From assembly GCA_010029945.1 (NCBI GenBank), contig RGQW01000001.1, positions 1 through 54,255 on the forward strand: a stretch of DNA of 54,255 nt, written 5' to 3'. The DNA comes from Actinomycetota bacterium (GTDB lineage Bacteria; Actinomycetota; Actinomycetes; S36-B12). The translations under genes were made by a program, and so were the position numbers. Positions 18,091-29,045 of the stretch are shown here, one piece after another. Numbering within the stretch: the stretch's first letter is position 1; each line of letters starts with the position of its first letter. The notes below the pieces were generated by a model. That model was not told where the DNA came from, ran no database searches, and worked only from the letters and a program-made list of their open reading frames with translations.

Positions 18091-18671
18091 GACTTCACCA
18101 ACTTCTCGACGTACTTCGCGATGACGTCCACCTCGATATTCACGTCATCGTTCACGTTCCGGTCCCCCAGCGTGGTCTCCGAGAGCGTGGTCGGGATGAG
18201 GGATACCGAGAACTCGCCCTCGTGAACGCTCGCGACCGTTAAGGATACGCCGTCCACGGCAACCGAGCCCTTCTCCACCAGATACCTGTCCATGTCCGCC
18301 GGCGTTGCGAAGGTCATCACGGTCCAATCGTCGGAGACCTCGATGGCGGTCACCCGGGCCGTGCCGTCGATGTGCCCCTGGACGATGTGCCCACCGAGTC
18401 GACCGTCGACACGCGCCGCACGTTCGAGGTTGACACGACTACCCGGAGTCAAGCCTCGAAGCGACGTCCGGTTCAGCGTTTCCAACATGACGTCCGCAAC
18501 GAACCCGGCATCGTCCTGACCTGCAACGGTGAGGCAGACCCCGTTGACGCTCACCGAGTCGCCGTGATCGGCACCATCGATGATCGGCGAGTCAATTCTG
18601 AGCCGCATCGATTCTCCGCGATCGTCGATGTCCCGCACGGTTCCGACGTCCTCGATGATTCCGGTAAACAT
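18087..18671 (-). CDS. ribE: Riboflavin synthase (alpha chain)
   Basis: [39 protein letters not shown]. Confidence 0.97.
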   Translation of the reverse strand: MFTGIIEDVGTVRDIDDRGESMRLRIDSPIIDGADHGDSVSVNGVCLTVAGQDDAGFVADVMLETLNRTSLRGLTPGSRVNLERAARVDGRLGGHIVQGHIDGTARVTAIEVSDDWTVMTFATPADMDRYLVEKGSVAVDGVSLTVASVHEGEFSVSLIPTTLSETTLGDRNVNDDVNIEVDVIAKYVEKLVKS

Positions 18672-19675
18672 CAAGCAGCCTTTCGGGGAAGGGTCGCGCG
18701 CACGAGCACATCCTCCCCTAGGGCCTGGGTCTCCATGATCTCGACCTTGGCGTCAAGTCGATCGAGGCCGGGCAGTGCTCGCGGTCCACTGCCCAACCAC
18801 GTGCCGGCAACGAGCCATACGAGTTCGTCCACGAGGCCCTCCCGCAGGAAAGCCCCGAGCACCGTCGGACCCGATTCGAGGAGCACATCTCGCACGCCGT
18901 CATCGAAGAGGCTGTCGAGTGTGTCTCGTGGCTCGTGCCCGCGCATGATCTTTGTGGGTGCGGTGGCGTCGAGAATCTTTCGGTCGGCAGGGATCTCGCG
19001 GTTCCCCACCACAACCCGGACCGGGGCGCCGGCGGGAAGCAGCGGGACGTGACGGACGGTCAACTGCGGATCGTCGGCCAGAACGGTTCCCGAACCCACG
19101 ACGATCGCGCCCACCCGCGCCCGTAGAGCGTGGGCGTAGATGTTGGCAACCGAGCCGGTCAACTGCACGCGACGTCCTTCGGCGCCCGCGACCCGTCCAT
19201 CAAGGCTCACGGCACATTTCGCCGTGACATAGGGGTAGCCGCGCTGGACCGCGATGGTCCATTCCCGATTGACCTCCTGCGCCTGGTGCTCGAGGACTCC
19301 GGAGACCACATCCACCCCCGCCTCCCGCAGGACATCGGCACCGCCTCCGGCCGTCGATGTCGGATCGCTTTGCGCGAAGACAACACGAACTACCCCGGCG
19401 TCAATCAACGCTCCGGTGCACGGGGGTGTGCGTCCTGTGTGGCGACATGGTTCGAGGGAGACAACCGCGGTACCTCCGCGGGCCCTCGATCCCGCGTCAC
19501 CGAGCGCCACAACTTCGGCGTGGTCGGTTCCCGCGCCGCCGTGCCACCCACGACCCACGACATCACCGTCGGCGTCCACGATGACGCATCCCACGCGCGG
19601 GTTCTCTCCCCGCGGGGCACCCGGGTGCTGAGCCAAGTCGATGGCTTCGGCCATGACCGCGTTCCAGTTGCTCAC
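18671..19675 (-). CDS. ribD: Riboflavin biosynthesis deaminase/reductase
   Basis: NPRVGC, HAEVVAL, LEPC.H.GRTPPC, SLDGR, TVLADDPQLTVR. Confidence 0.95.
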   Translation of the reverse strand: MSNWNAVMAEAIDLAQHPGAPRGENPRVGCVIVDADGDVVGRGWHGGAGTDHAEVVALGDAGSRARGGTAVVSLEPCRHTGRTPPCTGALIDAGVVRVVFAQSDPTSTAGGGADVLREAGVDVVSGVLEHQAQEVNREWTIAVQRGYPYVTAKCAVSLDGRVAGAEGRRVQLTGSVANIYAHALRARVGAIVVGSGTVLADDPQLTVRHVPLLPAGAPVRVVVGNREIPADRKILDATAPTKIMRGHEPRDTLDSLFDDGVRDVLLESGPTVLGAFLREGLVDELVWLVAGTWLGSGPRALPGLDRLDAKVEIMETQALGEDVLVRATLPRKAA

Positions 19676-20343
19676 GCGTGACGTCGCTCTGCTACCGCGC
19701 GCAGGTTCTCGATCGTTGCCCAGGGGTCATCCGATCGGAAGACCGCAGAGCCTGCGACAAAAACATTCGCTCCCGCCTCGGCGCACCGTTCGATGGTCTC
19801 CGCGCCGATCCCCCCGTCCACCTGCACCCACACATCTCCGTCACTTCTGGATGCAAGCTCGCGGGCCCGACGGATTTTGGGGAGCATGTCGTCAAGGAAG
19901 GCTTGACCGCCGAATCCTGGTTCGACAGTCATCACCAAGATCATGTCAACGCTGTCCCCGAGCGCGGCTATCTCATCGAGGTTGCTTCCCGGCTTGACCG
20001 CAACCCCGGCTCTGGCTCCATGGGACCGCAGGTCCGAGCACAGTTGTGCAGCGTCGCGGGCCGCCTCGATGTGAAACGTCACGCTGTAGGCGCCGGCGCG
20101 CGCGTACTCGGGGGCCCACCGATCCGGATCGTCGATCATCAGATGACAGTCGGAGCGGAAACGCTCGTCACGAAGCAAGGGCTCGATGACGGTGAGTCCA
20201 AACGTCAGGTTGGGAACGAAGTGGCCATCCATGACATCGAGATGAATCAGATCCGACACTGCGGCGATGCGCCCGACCTCCTCGCGCAGGCGCGTGAGGT
20301 CGGCGTTCAACACGCTCGGTGACATGAGCACCGGTGAACTCAT
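19672..20343 (-). CDS. rpe: Ribulose-phosphate 3-epimerase
   Basis: HLDVMDGHFVPNLTFG, MTVEPGFGGQ, VDGGI. Confidence 0.97.
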   Translation of the reverse strand: MSSPVLMSPSVLNADLTRLREEVGRIAAVSDLIHLDVMDGHFVPNLTFGLTVIEPLLRDERFRSDCHLMIDDPDRWAPEYARAGAYSVTFHIEAARDAAQLCSDLRSHGARAGVAVKPGSNLDEIAALGDSVDMILVMTVEPGFGGQAFLDDMLPKIRRARELASRSDGDVWVQVDGGIGAETIERCAEAGANVFVAGSAVFRSDDPWATIENLRAVAERRHA

Positions 20344-20394
20344 CTCCCCAGGCTAGCCGCCACGCCACCACACGCTCGTCCGTAGGCTTCGCCT
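20344..20394. promoter_or_regulatory. Divergent leaderless promoters for rpe and the IMPase gene
   Basis: Minus TAGCCT (20350-20355) is 6 nt before ATG 20343; plus TAGGCT (20383-20388) is 6 nt before GTG 20395. Confidence 0.65.
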
Positions 20395-21210
20395 GTGACC
20401 AACCAGGGCGTGCAGGCAGCAGGTGGTGACCGGTTCGACGCGGCGCAGGCGGTAGCCCGGTCCGCCGGGGCCCTGGCCTTCGAATACTTCCGACGAGTCG
20501 AGACTTTGGCTGTTGAGCACAAAGGAAGTCAGGATCTGGTCAGCGAGGCGGACCGCGAGACAGAACGCCATATTCGCCAGGAATTGCAGTCAGCATTCCC
20601 CGGCGATGCGTTCATGGGTGAAGAACACGGGTATACCGAGGGCGCACCAGGCCACGGGACGTGGGTCGTCGATCCCATCGACGGCACCCAACCATTCTTG
20701 CTGGGCCTACCCACCTGGTGCATCTCCATCGCGTACGTCACCGGCGATCGCGCGCAGATCGGCGTGATCTACAACCCGGCGACCGACGAGCTCTACTGCG
20801 CTCAGGCCGGGGCGGGAGCGTTCGTCAATGGTGTACCGATTCGCGTTCGACAAGCCGATTCGCTCGCAGATGGCTTGACGGGCGTCGGCTGCTCACCGCG
20901 AACCACTCCCGAACACCTCGCCGACATCATGCTCCACCTCCTTCAGGGTGGCGGGATGTACCAGCGCACCGGATCCGGAGCCCTCAACCTCGCCTACGTC
21001 GCCGCCGGTAAGCACATCGGCTACGTCGAAACCCACATTCACGCGTGGGATTGCCTCGCTGCGGTGTGCTTGATCAAAGAAGCCGGGGGGCGGGTGTCGG
21101 ATTTCGTCACCGAATTCGGTGTGCAGGGAGCCGGACCGCTCGTCGCTGGCTCACCGGGAGTCTTCGACCAATTGATGCAGTTGATGCCCGTGCCGGTCCG
21201 TGAATCGTGA
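20395..21210 (+). CDS. Inositol monophosphatase family protein (SuhB-like)
   Basis: DLVSEAD, GEE, WVVDPIDGT, GSGALNLAYVAAG, WDCLAA. Confidence 0.92.
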   Translation: MTNQGVQAAGGDRFDAAQAVARSAGALAFEYFRRVETLAVEHKGSQDLVSEADRETERHIRQELQSAFPGDAFMGEEHGYTEGAPGHGTWVVDPIDGTQPFLLGLPTWCISIAYVTGDRAQIGVIYNPATDELYCAQAGAGAFVNGVPIRVRQADSLADGLTGVGCSPRTTPEHLADIMLHLLQGGGMYQRTGSGALNLAYVAAGKHIGYVETHIHAWDCLAAVCLIKEAGGRVSDFVTEFGVQGAGPLVAGSPGVFDQLMQLMPVPVRES

Positions 21211-21246
21211 CAACTCGGTGCGCTTGCTCGGCCACGACTCGATCGG

Positions 21247-22632
21247 TCAGTCGCGGCGCATCAAGGTGAGGTGCATGGCATCGGTGCCGTGCAGGTGAGG
21301 CCACAGCTGCACGTGCGGCCCGGGACCAAGGTCGGGCACATTCGGCAGAAACTCTCGAGCGTCGAGAACCTGGACATCGTCGATATGAAGCAGCACCTCC
21401 TCGACAACATCAATGGTCTCGGCAACGTGGGGAGAGCAGGTGACGTACGCCAGGACACCTCCGCTTCTCAACGATGACAGTCCGGTCGTCAGGAGCCGTC
21501 GCTGCAGGGATGCCAACTCGCTCACGTCCTCGCGGTTCCTTCGCCACCGAGACTCGGGGCGACGGCGCAGCGCCCCCAATCCTGTGCAGGGAGCGTCCAA
21601 CAGGATTCGATCGAAGAACTGACTGCCCCACGGTCGATCGCACGCATCGGCCGTAAGGATGTGGGGAGCCACGTCGCTACTGTCCGAGGCACCGGCCGAC
21701 AGCAGCGACTCGACCAGAGCAGCGCGGTGCGCGTGCAACTCCACGGCGACAAAGTCGACGCTCTGGGTCCTGGCGTGGGAGGCCATAACAGCCGCCTTGC
21801 CACCGGGCCCGGCACACATATCCAGCCATGCCGACTCTGGCGGTGAGACCGGCACCGCCAACAGCGCCTCGACAACAAGTTGACTTCCTTCGTCCTGGAT
21901 GATCGCCCGGCCCTGCCGTACGGCTTCGACGTTGGCGGGCATCCCTGCATCGACGGTGGCGGCGCGGCGAGACCAACGCCCCGGTGTCAGGCCAGCCTCG
22001 AGGACCGGCGGGTCATCGAGGAAGGCCACGGTGGGGCGGGATGGCTCATTGTTCGCACGCAGCGCTGCGCATAGTGCCTCGTCAGAGACCTCCCCTTGCG
22101 TGTGGAGCGCGAGCGCCTGGTGCAGGGCTTCGGCCACCCATCGAGGGTGGGAGGTAACGGCAGCGGCGAGCTCATCTGCGTGTTTTCCTCGCCCGACGAC
22201 CTCGTCCCACTGCGAGCGATCGCGTCGCGCCACCGCTCGCAAGAGTCCATTGATGAATCCGACCCGACCCTCATCGGTGATGCCAACCGCGCGGGCGAGC
22301 TGGCACGAGGAATCGACGGCCGCATGGTCGGGGACCCGCATCGAGAGCAGTTGATGCACCCCGAGCCGCACGATGTCCACGATGTCCGGGTCGACATCGG
22401 TCCAGGAGCGGGAGGAAACCTCGGCGGCGACAAGATCGTAAAAGCCCAACCACCGCAAGGTGCCGTACGCGAGGTCTGTGGCGAAAGCGGCGTCCCGGCC
22501 GGCCAAGCGGTAGCGCTCAAGGACGGCAGGCCATTGCAGATTCGCGTAGACATCGTCCCGGCGAACGGACGCCAGCAATTCGAAGGCGGCGCGCCGCGCA
22601 TCGTCGATCGCGACCTCGGCGTCACGTTGCAC
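21247..22632 (-). CDS. rsmB: RsmB/Fmu (Sun) RNA m5C methyltransferase with NusB-like N-terminus
   Basis: YGTLR, IQDEGSQLV, LDMCAGPGGK, LLDAPCTGLG, YVTCSP; follows fmt. Confidence 0.93.
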   Translation of the reverse strand: MQRDAEVAIDDARRAAFELLASVRRDDVYANLQWPAVLERYRLAGRDAAFATDLAYGTLRWLGFYDLVAAEVSSRSWTDVDPDIVDIVRLGVHQLLSMRVPDHAAVDSSCQLARAVGITDEGRVGFINGLLRAVARRDRSQWDEVVGRGKHADELAAAVTSHPRWVAEALHQALALHTQGEVSDEALCAALRANNEPSRPTVAFLDDPPVLEAGLTPGRWSRRAATVDAGMPANVEAVRQGRAIIQDEGSQLVVEALLAVPVSPPESAWLDMCAGPGGKAAVMASHARTQSVDFVAVELHAHRAALVESLLSAGASDSSDVAPHILTADACDRPWGSQFFDRILLDAPCTGLGALRRRPESRWRRNREDVSELASLQRRLLTTGLSSLRSGGVLAYVTCSPHVAETIDVVEEVLLHIDDVQVLDAREFLPNVPDLGPGPHVQLWPHLHGTDAMHLTLMRRD

Positions 22633-23551
22633 GTGTCAGCTCACCTCGATAGCCACGAGCCCAATCGGCGGCAGCCATTGTCTTCTTGCCTGTGGCCTGC
22701 ACCTCGCCGAGGACGATGAACCCTCCCCGGGCACCAATGGTCACCTGTGATTTTTCAACGTGGATGACTCCCGGCGATGCACCTTCGTCCACGACGACCG
22801 CCTGCGGGGTCCCGATGTTGACCCGCTGGCCGTCGATGATGGTCCACGCTCCCGGGTCGGGCGTGCAGGCACGAATCCAGCGATCAACGTCGAGGACATC
22901 ACCGGACCAATTCACCCTGGCGTCATCGCTGGAGATGCGAGGGGCGAGCGATACCTCGCCGGAATCTACGGAATCTTGCGCAGCGGGGTGCAGCTCGCCA
23001 GCCTCCAGCGCATCGATGGTGGACACCAACAAGGTGGCGCCCATGGCCGCGAGGCGAGCAAGGAGCGCGCCCGCATCTTCACGGTCTCCGATCGATACCG
23101 GGTCCGAGCGCATCAGGATCGGACCAGTGTCGAGCCCCTCGTCGATCGAGAACGTCGTCACACCGGTGTGCGTCTGTCCTGCTCCGATCGCGTGCTGTAC
23201 CGGAGCAGCTCCGCGCCAGGCGGGAAGAAGGGAGAAGTGGGCATTCACCCATCCGAACCGTGGGACCGTCAGCAACTCTGCAGGGACCAGCAGGCCGTAG
23301 GCGACAACTGCGACCACATCAGGCGCCCAATCTCTGAGCACATCCGCCTCGCGTTGCAGGTTGGAGGGAGTGCGCACCTCGATGCCGGCTTCTTGTGCAT
23401 GCATCTTCACCGGACTCGCTCGCAGACGTCTCCCCCGACCAGCCGGTGCATCCGGTCGAGTGAGAACACCCACCACCTCGTGACTGGATTCCTCCAATGC
23501 CACAAGGGACGCGACAGCTACGTCGGGAGTGCCGGCGAAAACGACGCGCAC
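22622..23551 (-). CDS. fmt: Methionyl-tRNA formyltransferase
   Basis: VFAGTP, TRPDAPAGRG, NAHFSLLPAWRGAAP, GLDTGP. Confidence 0.96.
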   Translation of the reverse strand: MRVVFAGTPDVAVASLVALEESSHEVVGVLTRPDAPAGRGRRLRASPVKMHAQEAGIEVRTPSNLQREADVLRDWAPDVVAVVAYGLLVPAELLTVPRFGWVNAHFSLLPAWRGAAPVQHAIGAGQTHTGVTTFSIDEGLDTGPILMRSDPVSIGDREDAGALLARLAAMGATLLVSTIDALEAGELHPAAQDSVDSGEVSLAPRISSDDARVNWSGDVLDVDRWIRACTPDPGAWTIIDGQRVNIGTPQAVVVDEGASPGVIHVEKSQVTIGARGGFIVLGEVQATGKKTMAAADWARGYRGELTRAT

Positions 23552-23555
23552 GGTG

Positions 23556-24101
23556 TCACAGCCATCGAGAGGGCTGTTGGTGGGGGCTGAGCTTGATCTG
23601 CACCGGATCCGCACCGAACCAATCCGACTCGCGAATAGCCTTCATCGCTTCCTTACGCGTCTGCGCGTCGAGTCGATCGATGAACACGATCCCGTCGAGG
23701 TGATCGGTTTCATGTTGCACGCACCGCGCGAGCAAGTCGCTGCCCTCGAGCGTTACCGGCTCCCCATGCATGTTCATGCCCTTGGCGACCACGCTGCGTG
23801 CGCGCTTGCATTCGAACGTTAGATCCGGAACCGACAAGCAGCCCTCTTCGCCGTCTTGTTGTTCGTCGGACAGATCCAGAACGGGATTAACGAGATGCCC
23901 GAGTTCGTCATCCACCCAGTAGGTGAACACCCGCAGGGAGACTCCCAATTGTGGCGCCGCCAGCCCTACCCCGGGGGCGTCGCGCATCGTGTCGGTGAGG
24001 TCCTTGACCAGGCCGCGCAGTTCCTTGTCAAAGGTGACAACTTCGGATGCGGGCGTACGGAGAACGGGGTCACCGAACAGGCGAATAGGAACGACGCTCA
24101 C
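23556..24101 (-). CDS. def: Peptide deformylase
   Basis: GVGLAAPQ, EGCLS, QHETDHLDG. Start is GTG 24101 (7 nt after TAGACT) or ATG 24104. Confidence 0.97.
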   Translation of the reverse strand: MSVVPIRLFGDPVLRTPASEVVTFDKELRGLVKDLTDTMRDAPGVGLAAPQLGVSLRVFTYWVDDELGHLVNPVLDLSDEQQDGEEGCLSVPDLTFECKRARSVVAKGMNMHGEPVTLEGSDLLARCVQHETDHLDGIVFIDRLDAQTRKEAMKAIRESDWFGADPVQIKLSPHQQPSRWL

Positions 24102-24131
24102 CATCCGCAGTCTAGGTGCGCGGCGATGGGA

Positions 24132-26117
24132 CTACATATCCCGTGGGTCCATGCGCACGCGAACATCGCGCATCGTCGAATCCTTTGTTGACTCTGTCCG
24201 CATCAGCGATCCCAGTTCGCGGGTGAAGGCTGCCGCCTGCGTTCGGGGAACAATCAGGTAGCTACGCACATGGTGCGAGTCTGGAATCGGAACCGGTCCG
24301 AGAATCCGATGATCGCTGCGGATCCGATCACCCATTGCCTGCACGGCTGCTTGTGGACCGGTCACTTCGGCCACCCGCGTCACCGGTGGCAACCCAGCCG
24401 ATGCTCGCTCGTCCAACTGTCGCTCTGCGAACCAACGGGAGTCCCATCGGACAAGGGCCTGTGCTTCCAGACTGCTTGCACTGGCCACCAGGCACACCTC
24501 TCCCCGTTCGGCCACTAGTCGGGTCGCCTCGAACCAGCGTCGGACCTGCTGCTCAGCTCCCGCCAAGGATGGATACACGCTCCGTGCGTCCAGAATGATC
24601 ACGGCGCGATACCCCTTCTCGGCTATCGGTTCGGCACCCGGAGTGGCCACGATCAGACTCGGCGTATCCGGCACGCTGCGAACGATTCTGTCGGCTTCGG
24701 ACCACACGATCTGCACACCGGGAAAGGCCCGGCCCAACTCATCCGCCGTTCGACCCGCACCAATGTGGACGGCACGTAGCCGCGATCCTCCGCATTGCGT
24801 GCAGGTCCATGCTCCGTTCAATGCCCCGCATCGACCGCAACGCGCGGCCGCGTGCCCGGAAGACATTTCCAATGCTCCCTGACATGAGTCATCGCGACAA
24901 CGGGCAGGGGCTCGGCAGTCTTGGCACGCGAGGGCGGGGACATATCCTCGCCGCGCGACGAGGAAAAGGACTGGACCATGACGCAGGCCGTTGCGCGCCG
25001 TCATCCATGCAGCACTTGGAATGCGAGCTGACTCGGCCGCCGGATCGCGCGCCCGTTCGCGCTCATCAATGCATCGCACGTTCCACCAACTCGGCCGTTC
25101 CGGATCAACCGATGCCGCCCAGCCCGAACGACACCACCATTGGGTGGCGACGCTCCGTGCTGGAGCCCCGACGAAGACATCACACGACGTTTGATGAGAC
25201 CTCATTGCTGCTACTTCACGCGCATCCCAATAGGGCGCGTGTAACTCTCGGTACACATCGTTGCCGTCGTCCCACATGATGATGGCACCCAAATCTTGAA
25301 CCGGCGCGAAGACCGCGGTTCGGGTGCCGATCACCACCGTCGCCTGCCCGGTCCTCACCCGCAGGAACTCTCGGTAGCGACGTTCCGGTCCGACATCCGC
25401 ACTCAACTCCGCGATATCCGATTCCGGCAGGACCGTGGCCAATTCCGATCGCACGCGAGCGACGTCAGCCGCGTCCGGCACAACGATGATGACCCCGCAC
25501 CCTTCGGATCGCTTCCACCGTGCCAGGGAGACGATCTCCGCAACCACATCGCTTGCCGGGGCCGAACTCCACACCACTCGTGCCGGCGATGCCTTCTCAG
25601 GCCATCGGTAGTGGCGCCACGCGGGGTCCGCCGCCGGGTGTGCCGGCGCGTCTGCCGCCGCATCTGCCGACGTGTCCTGCGCCGGCGATGTCGCAGGCGC
25701 GGGTGCCGCGTCTGACTCGGCGGCCTTCCGCAGCACCGAGGATTCCGCTCGCGCATGTCGGGTCGGGACCGCCGCCCGGGCCACGTCCCAAAAAGTCCCG
25801 ACATATCTGTCGGCCACGTCCTGGATCAAGGTGAGGGTTTCGGGCGACAACGGCGGTACCGCGTCGATCACGCGCTCGAGTGGCTTCGGTGAGTCGACAT
25901 CAGCCTCATCAACGCGGTCGATGACGTACGCGTCGCGTAAACGCCCGGAGAAACGAACGCGGACTCGAGCGCCGGGAACTGCCTTCTCGTGCCATTCCTT
26001 GGGAACGAGATAGTCGAAGTCTCGATCGAGATGCATGACGCCCAGGTCGACGCGCACGCGGGCGATCGGACCTAGCGACCCTTCGACGGGTCTTGTCGGA
26101 TGATCCTCGCTAGACAC
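24132..26117 (-). CDS. priA: Primosomal protein N' (actinobacterial type with degenerate helicase motifs)
   Basis: [20 protein letters not shown], four Cys pairs, [19 protein letters not shown]; follows metK; start uncertain. Confidence 0.9.
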   Translation of the reverse strand: MSSEDHPTRPVEGSLGPIARVRVDLGVMHLDRDFDYLVPKEWHEKAVPGARVRVRFSGRLRDAYVIDRVDEADVDSPKPLERVIDAVPPLSPETLTLIQDVADRYVGTFWDVARAAVPTRHARAESSVLRKAAESDAAPAPATSPAQDTSADAAADAPAHPAADPAWRHYRWPEKASPARVVWSSAPASDVVAEIVSLARWKRSEGCGVIIVVPDAADVARVRSELATVLPESDIAELSADVGPERRYREFLRVRTGQATVVIGTRTAVFAPVQDLGAIIMWDDGNDVYRELHAPYWDAREVAAMRSHQTSCDVFVGAPARSVATQWWCRSGWAASVDPERPSWWNVRCIDERERARDPAAESARIPSAAWMTARNGLRHGPVLFLVARRGYVPALACQDCRAPARCRDDSCQGALEMSSGHAAARCGRCGALNGAWTCTQCGGSRLRAVHIGAGRTADELGRAFPGVQIVWSEADRIVRSVPDTPSLIVATPGAEPIAEKGYRAVIILDARSVYPSLAGAEQQVRRWFEATRLVAERGEVCLVASASSLEAQALVRWDSRWFAERQLDERASAGLPPVTRVAEVTGPQAAVQAMGDRIRSDHRILGPVPIPDSHHVRSYLIVPRTQAAAFTRELGSLMRTESTKDSTMRDVRVRMDPRDM

Positions 26118-27360
26118 CCGCTGCTGTGCGGAGATCCGCCGCCCGATCGGTGCTCTCCCACGTGAACGTGGGCCCAACCTCGGTCCGCCGGGATGGTTCA
26201 TCGGCGTCGAGTAGCTGGTTGACGCCTTGCGGACGCCCGAAGTGACCGTAGGCGCTGGTGGTGCGGTAGATCGGGCGCAGCAGATCGAGGTCGCGGATGA
26301 TCGCTGCGGGTCGCAGGTCGAACACCGCCAACACTGCTTCTTGAATCTGCTCGTCGCTCATGACTCCCGTGCCAAACGTCTGCACGAAAACGCCGACAGG
26401 ATGTGAAACGCCGATGGCGTAGGCCACCTGCACCTCACACCGAGAGGCGAGACCCGCGGCCACCACGTTCTTGGCCACCCAGCGCATGGCGTACGTGGCC
26501 GACCGGTCCACCTTCGACGGATCCTTTCCGGAGAAAGCCCCGCCACCGTGACGCGCCATGCCACCGTAGGTGTCGACGATGATCTTTCGGCCCGTGAGAC
26601 CGGCGTCGCCCATCGGACCGCCGACTTCGAATCGTCCTGTCGGATTGACGAGCAGGCGGTAGTCACGGCTATCGATGTCGAACGTTTCCAGAATCGGATC
26701 CACTACATGTCGTCGGACATCGGGAGTCAGCGTTGCATCGAGATCCACATCAGCCGCGTGCTGGCTGCTCACGACGATCGTGTCGATACCCGTCGGACGA
26801 TCGTCCTCGTCGTAGCTGATCGTCACCTGCGTCTTACCGTCCGGGCGGAGGTAGTCGAGGGTTCCGTCCTTGCGCTTGGCCGTCAACTGCTCGCTCAAGC
26901 GGTGCGCCATCGAGATCGGCAGCGGCATGAGCTCTTCGGTGTCGGTGCACGCGTAGCCGAACATCAACCCCTGGTCACCGGCACCCTGACGATCGAGAGG
27001 ATCCTCGCTGCCGTCGGCTCGCTCTTCGTATGCGTCGTCCACTCCTTGGGCGATGTCGGCGGACTGCTTGCCGATGGAGACGCTGATTCCGCATGACTCC
27101 CCATCGAAGCCCTTGACGGAGGAGTCGTAGCCGATGTCGAGCACGGTTTGGCGCACTAGGTTCATCACATCGGCGAAACCTTCAGTGGTCACCTCACCCG
27201 ATACGTGCACCTGACCCGTCGTCAGCATTGTCTCGACGGCCACGCGACTGCGGGGATCTTGCCGCAACAGATCGTCGAGGATGGCGTCGCTGATTTGGTC
27301 GGCCATCTTGTCCGGATGACCTTCGGTAACCGACTCCGACGTGAATAGGCGTTGCGACAC
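26110..27360 (-). CDS. metK: S-adenosylmethionine synthetase
   Basis: [35 protein letters not shown]. Confidence 0.99.
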   Translation of the reverse strand: MSQRLFTSESVTEGHPDKMADQISDAILDDLLRQDPRSRVAVETMLTTGQVHVSGEVTTEGFADVMNLVRQTVLDIGYDSSVKGFDGESCGISVSIGKQSADIAQGVDDAYEERADGSEDPLDRQGAGDQGLMFGYACTDTEELMPLPISMAHRLSEQLTAKRKDGTLDYLRPDGKTQVTISYDEDDRPTGIDTIVVSSQHAADVDLDATLTPDVRRHVVDPILETFDIDSRDYRLLVNPTGRFEVGGPMGDAGLTGRKIIVDTYGGMARHGGGAFSGKDPSKVDRSATYAMRWVAKNVVAAGLASRCEVQVAYAIGVSHPVGVFVQTFGTGVMSDEQIQEAVLAVFDLRPAAIIRDLDLLRPIYRTTSAYGHFGRPQGVNQLLDADEPSRRTEVGPTFTWESTDRAADLRTAAGV

Positions 27361-27415
27361 GAGGCTCCCTCACAGCTGTGGAATGCCGAGGGTGATCCTC
27401 GACGGCGCGAGCAGT

Positions 27416-28660
27416 CTAGCGATCGAAACGCACTGCGTCCCAGATGGCATGCGCGGCGATTTCCTTGCTGACCGCCTCGCGGAGGTCGCAATCGCCGTTG
27501 GCGTCAATGATGGCGACGGTCGTCTCCTCATCCCCGAAAACCGCCCCATCCGAGACGTCGTTCGCGACGAGATAGTCGCATCCCTTACGTGCGAGTTTGG
27601 CCAGAGCTCGGGTGGTGAGCGACTCGCCCTCGGCTGGAGTCTCGGCGGCGAATCCCACGATGACGGGTGTCGAGCTCGATCCGCGCTTGGCCACCAGTTC
27701 GGCCAAAACGTCGGTCGTTCGTTCCAAAATCAATTCCGGAGCCGCCCCATCGGCCAACGATTCCTTGGTGATCTTGCCTGAATGCGCGGTGACAGGACGG
27801 AAATCAGCGACGGCGGCGGCCATCACGACGACGTCGGGGGTCTCCTGGGCGACGAGTTCGTGCATGACCGACCGGAGTTCCTCTGCCGTGCCGACCCGGC
27901 GTACGGCGCACCCGGCCGGAACGCCTACGTCGAGATCACCATCGACGTGCGCGATAACCGCGGTCACGGTGGCTCCCCGAGCGATCGCGGTACGAGCCAG
28001 GGCGAAGCCTTGGCGACCGCTGCTCTTATTGCCGAGGAAGCGCACGTCGTCCCAAGGCTCTTGCGTTCCGCCGATGCTGATGACCACGTGCCGGCCGTGC
28101 AGGTCTGAGCGGGCAACCCGACCGCTGCCGGCCATGGCCAGCGTGGTTCGTGCCGCTTCGGCAATCGCCCGGGGCTCGGGGAGTCGCCCCGCTCCGGAGT
28201 CCGAACCCGTGAGCCGGCCGTCGGCTGGGTCGAGGACGACCGCACCGCGCTCGCGGAGCAAACGAACATTCGCCTGGGTGGCCGGGTGCACCCACATTTC
28301 GGTGTGCATGGCCGGCGCGATCACGACACGACCACGAGTGGTCAACAACACGTTGGTGAGCAAGTCACTAGCGATCCCGTGCGACGCGCGAGCCAGGAAA
28401 TCTGCCGTGGCCGGTGCGACGATCACGAGATCGGCCCGCTGACCGAGTTCCACGTGCGGGACCTCGTGCGGGGACTCCCACAACTCACGAGCCACCGGCT
28501 TGCCGGACAAAGCAGCCCACGTCGGCTCGCCCACGAAACGAAGTGCGGACGCCGTGGGCACAACTGTCACGTCGTGACCGGACTCGGTCAGGTCGCGAAG
28601 AAGGGAGACGGCTTTGTACGCGGCGATTCCGCCGGTGACTCCGAGCACGATGTCGGCCAT
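27416..28660 (-). CDS. coaBC: Bifunctional phosphopantothenoylcysteine decarboxylase/ligase
   Basis: LGVTGGIAAYK, APATA, PAMHTEMW, VRFLGNKSSG, VGFAAET. Confidence 0.97.
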   Translation of the reverse strand: MADIVLGVTGGIAAYKAVSLLRDLTESGHDVTVVPTASALRFVGEPTWAALSGKPVARELWESPHEVPHVELGQRADLVIVAPATADFLARASHGIASDLLTNVLLTTRGRVVIAPAMHTEMWVHPATQANVRLLRERGAVVLDPADGRLTGSDSGAGRLPEPRAIAEAARTTLAMAGSGRVARSDLHGRHVVISIGGTQEPWDDVRFLGNKSSGRQGFALARTAIARGATVTAVIAHVDGDLDVGVPAGCAVRRVGTAEELRSVMHELVAQETPDVVVMAAAVADFRPVTAHSGKITKESLADGAAPELILERTTDVLAELVAKRGSSSTPVIVGFAAETPAEGESLTTRALAKLARKGCDYLVANDVSDGAVFGDEETTVAIIDANGDCDLREAVSKEIAAHAIWDAVRFDR

Positions 28661-28678
28661 AACGACCGTCGGGCCTTC

Positions 28679-29035
28679 CTACTCGGTTTCCTCGCCCGCA
28701 GCGAAGGGATCGACGGGCGCGGCGGCGCTGGTGGCGGCTGCTTCCTCCGCTGCTTGAGCGGCGGCTTCAGCCGCGGCCTGGGCAGGGTCGAAAGGTTCAG
28801 AGGTAAGTAACCCTGCGTCAATCTCGCGCATGGCGATAGACAGCGGCTTTTCCTGGACGTAGGTCTCCACCAGGGGGCCGACGTATTCCAGGAGCCCCTC
28901 GCCGAGCTGGGAGTAGTACGCGTTGATCTGGCGAGCACGTTTCGCTGCGTAGCTCACCAATGAATACTTCGAGTCTGTCTTTTCCAACAGATCGTCGATC
29001 GAGGGGTAGGTGATGCCCTCTGGCTGTGACGTCAC
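28679..29035 (-). CDS. rpoZ: RNA polymerase omega subunit
   Basis: [46 protein letters not shown] before GTG 29035. Confidence 0.96.
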   Translation of the reverse strand: MTSQPEGITYPSIDDLLEKTDSKYSLVSYAAKRARQINAYYSQLGEGLLEYVGPLVETYVQEKPLSIAMREIDAGLLTSEPFDPAQAAAEAAAQAAEEAAATSAAAPVDPFAAGEETE

Positions 29036-29045
29036 AGGTGGTTCC

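Noticed and set aside
19672..19700. Expected FMN riboswitch before ribD
   Set aside because: rpe and ribD overlap (GTGA), so there is no leader; rpe-ribD adjacency is also seen in other actinobacteria.
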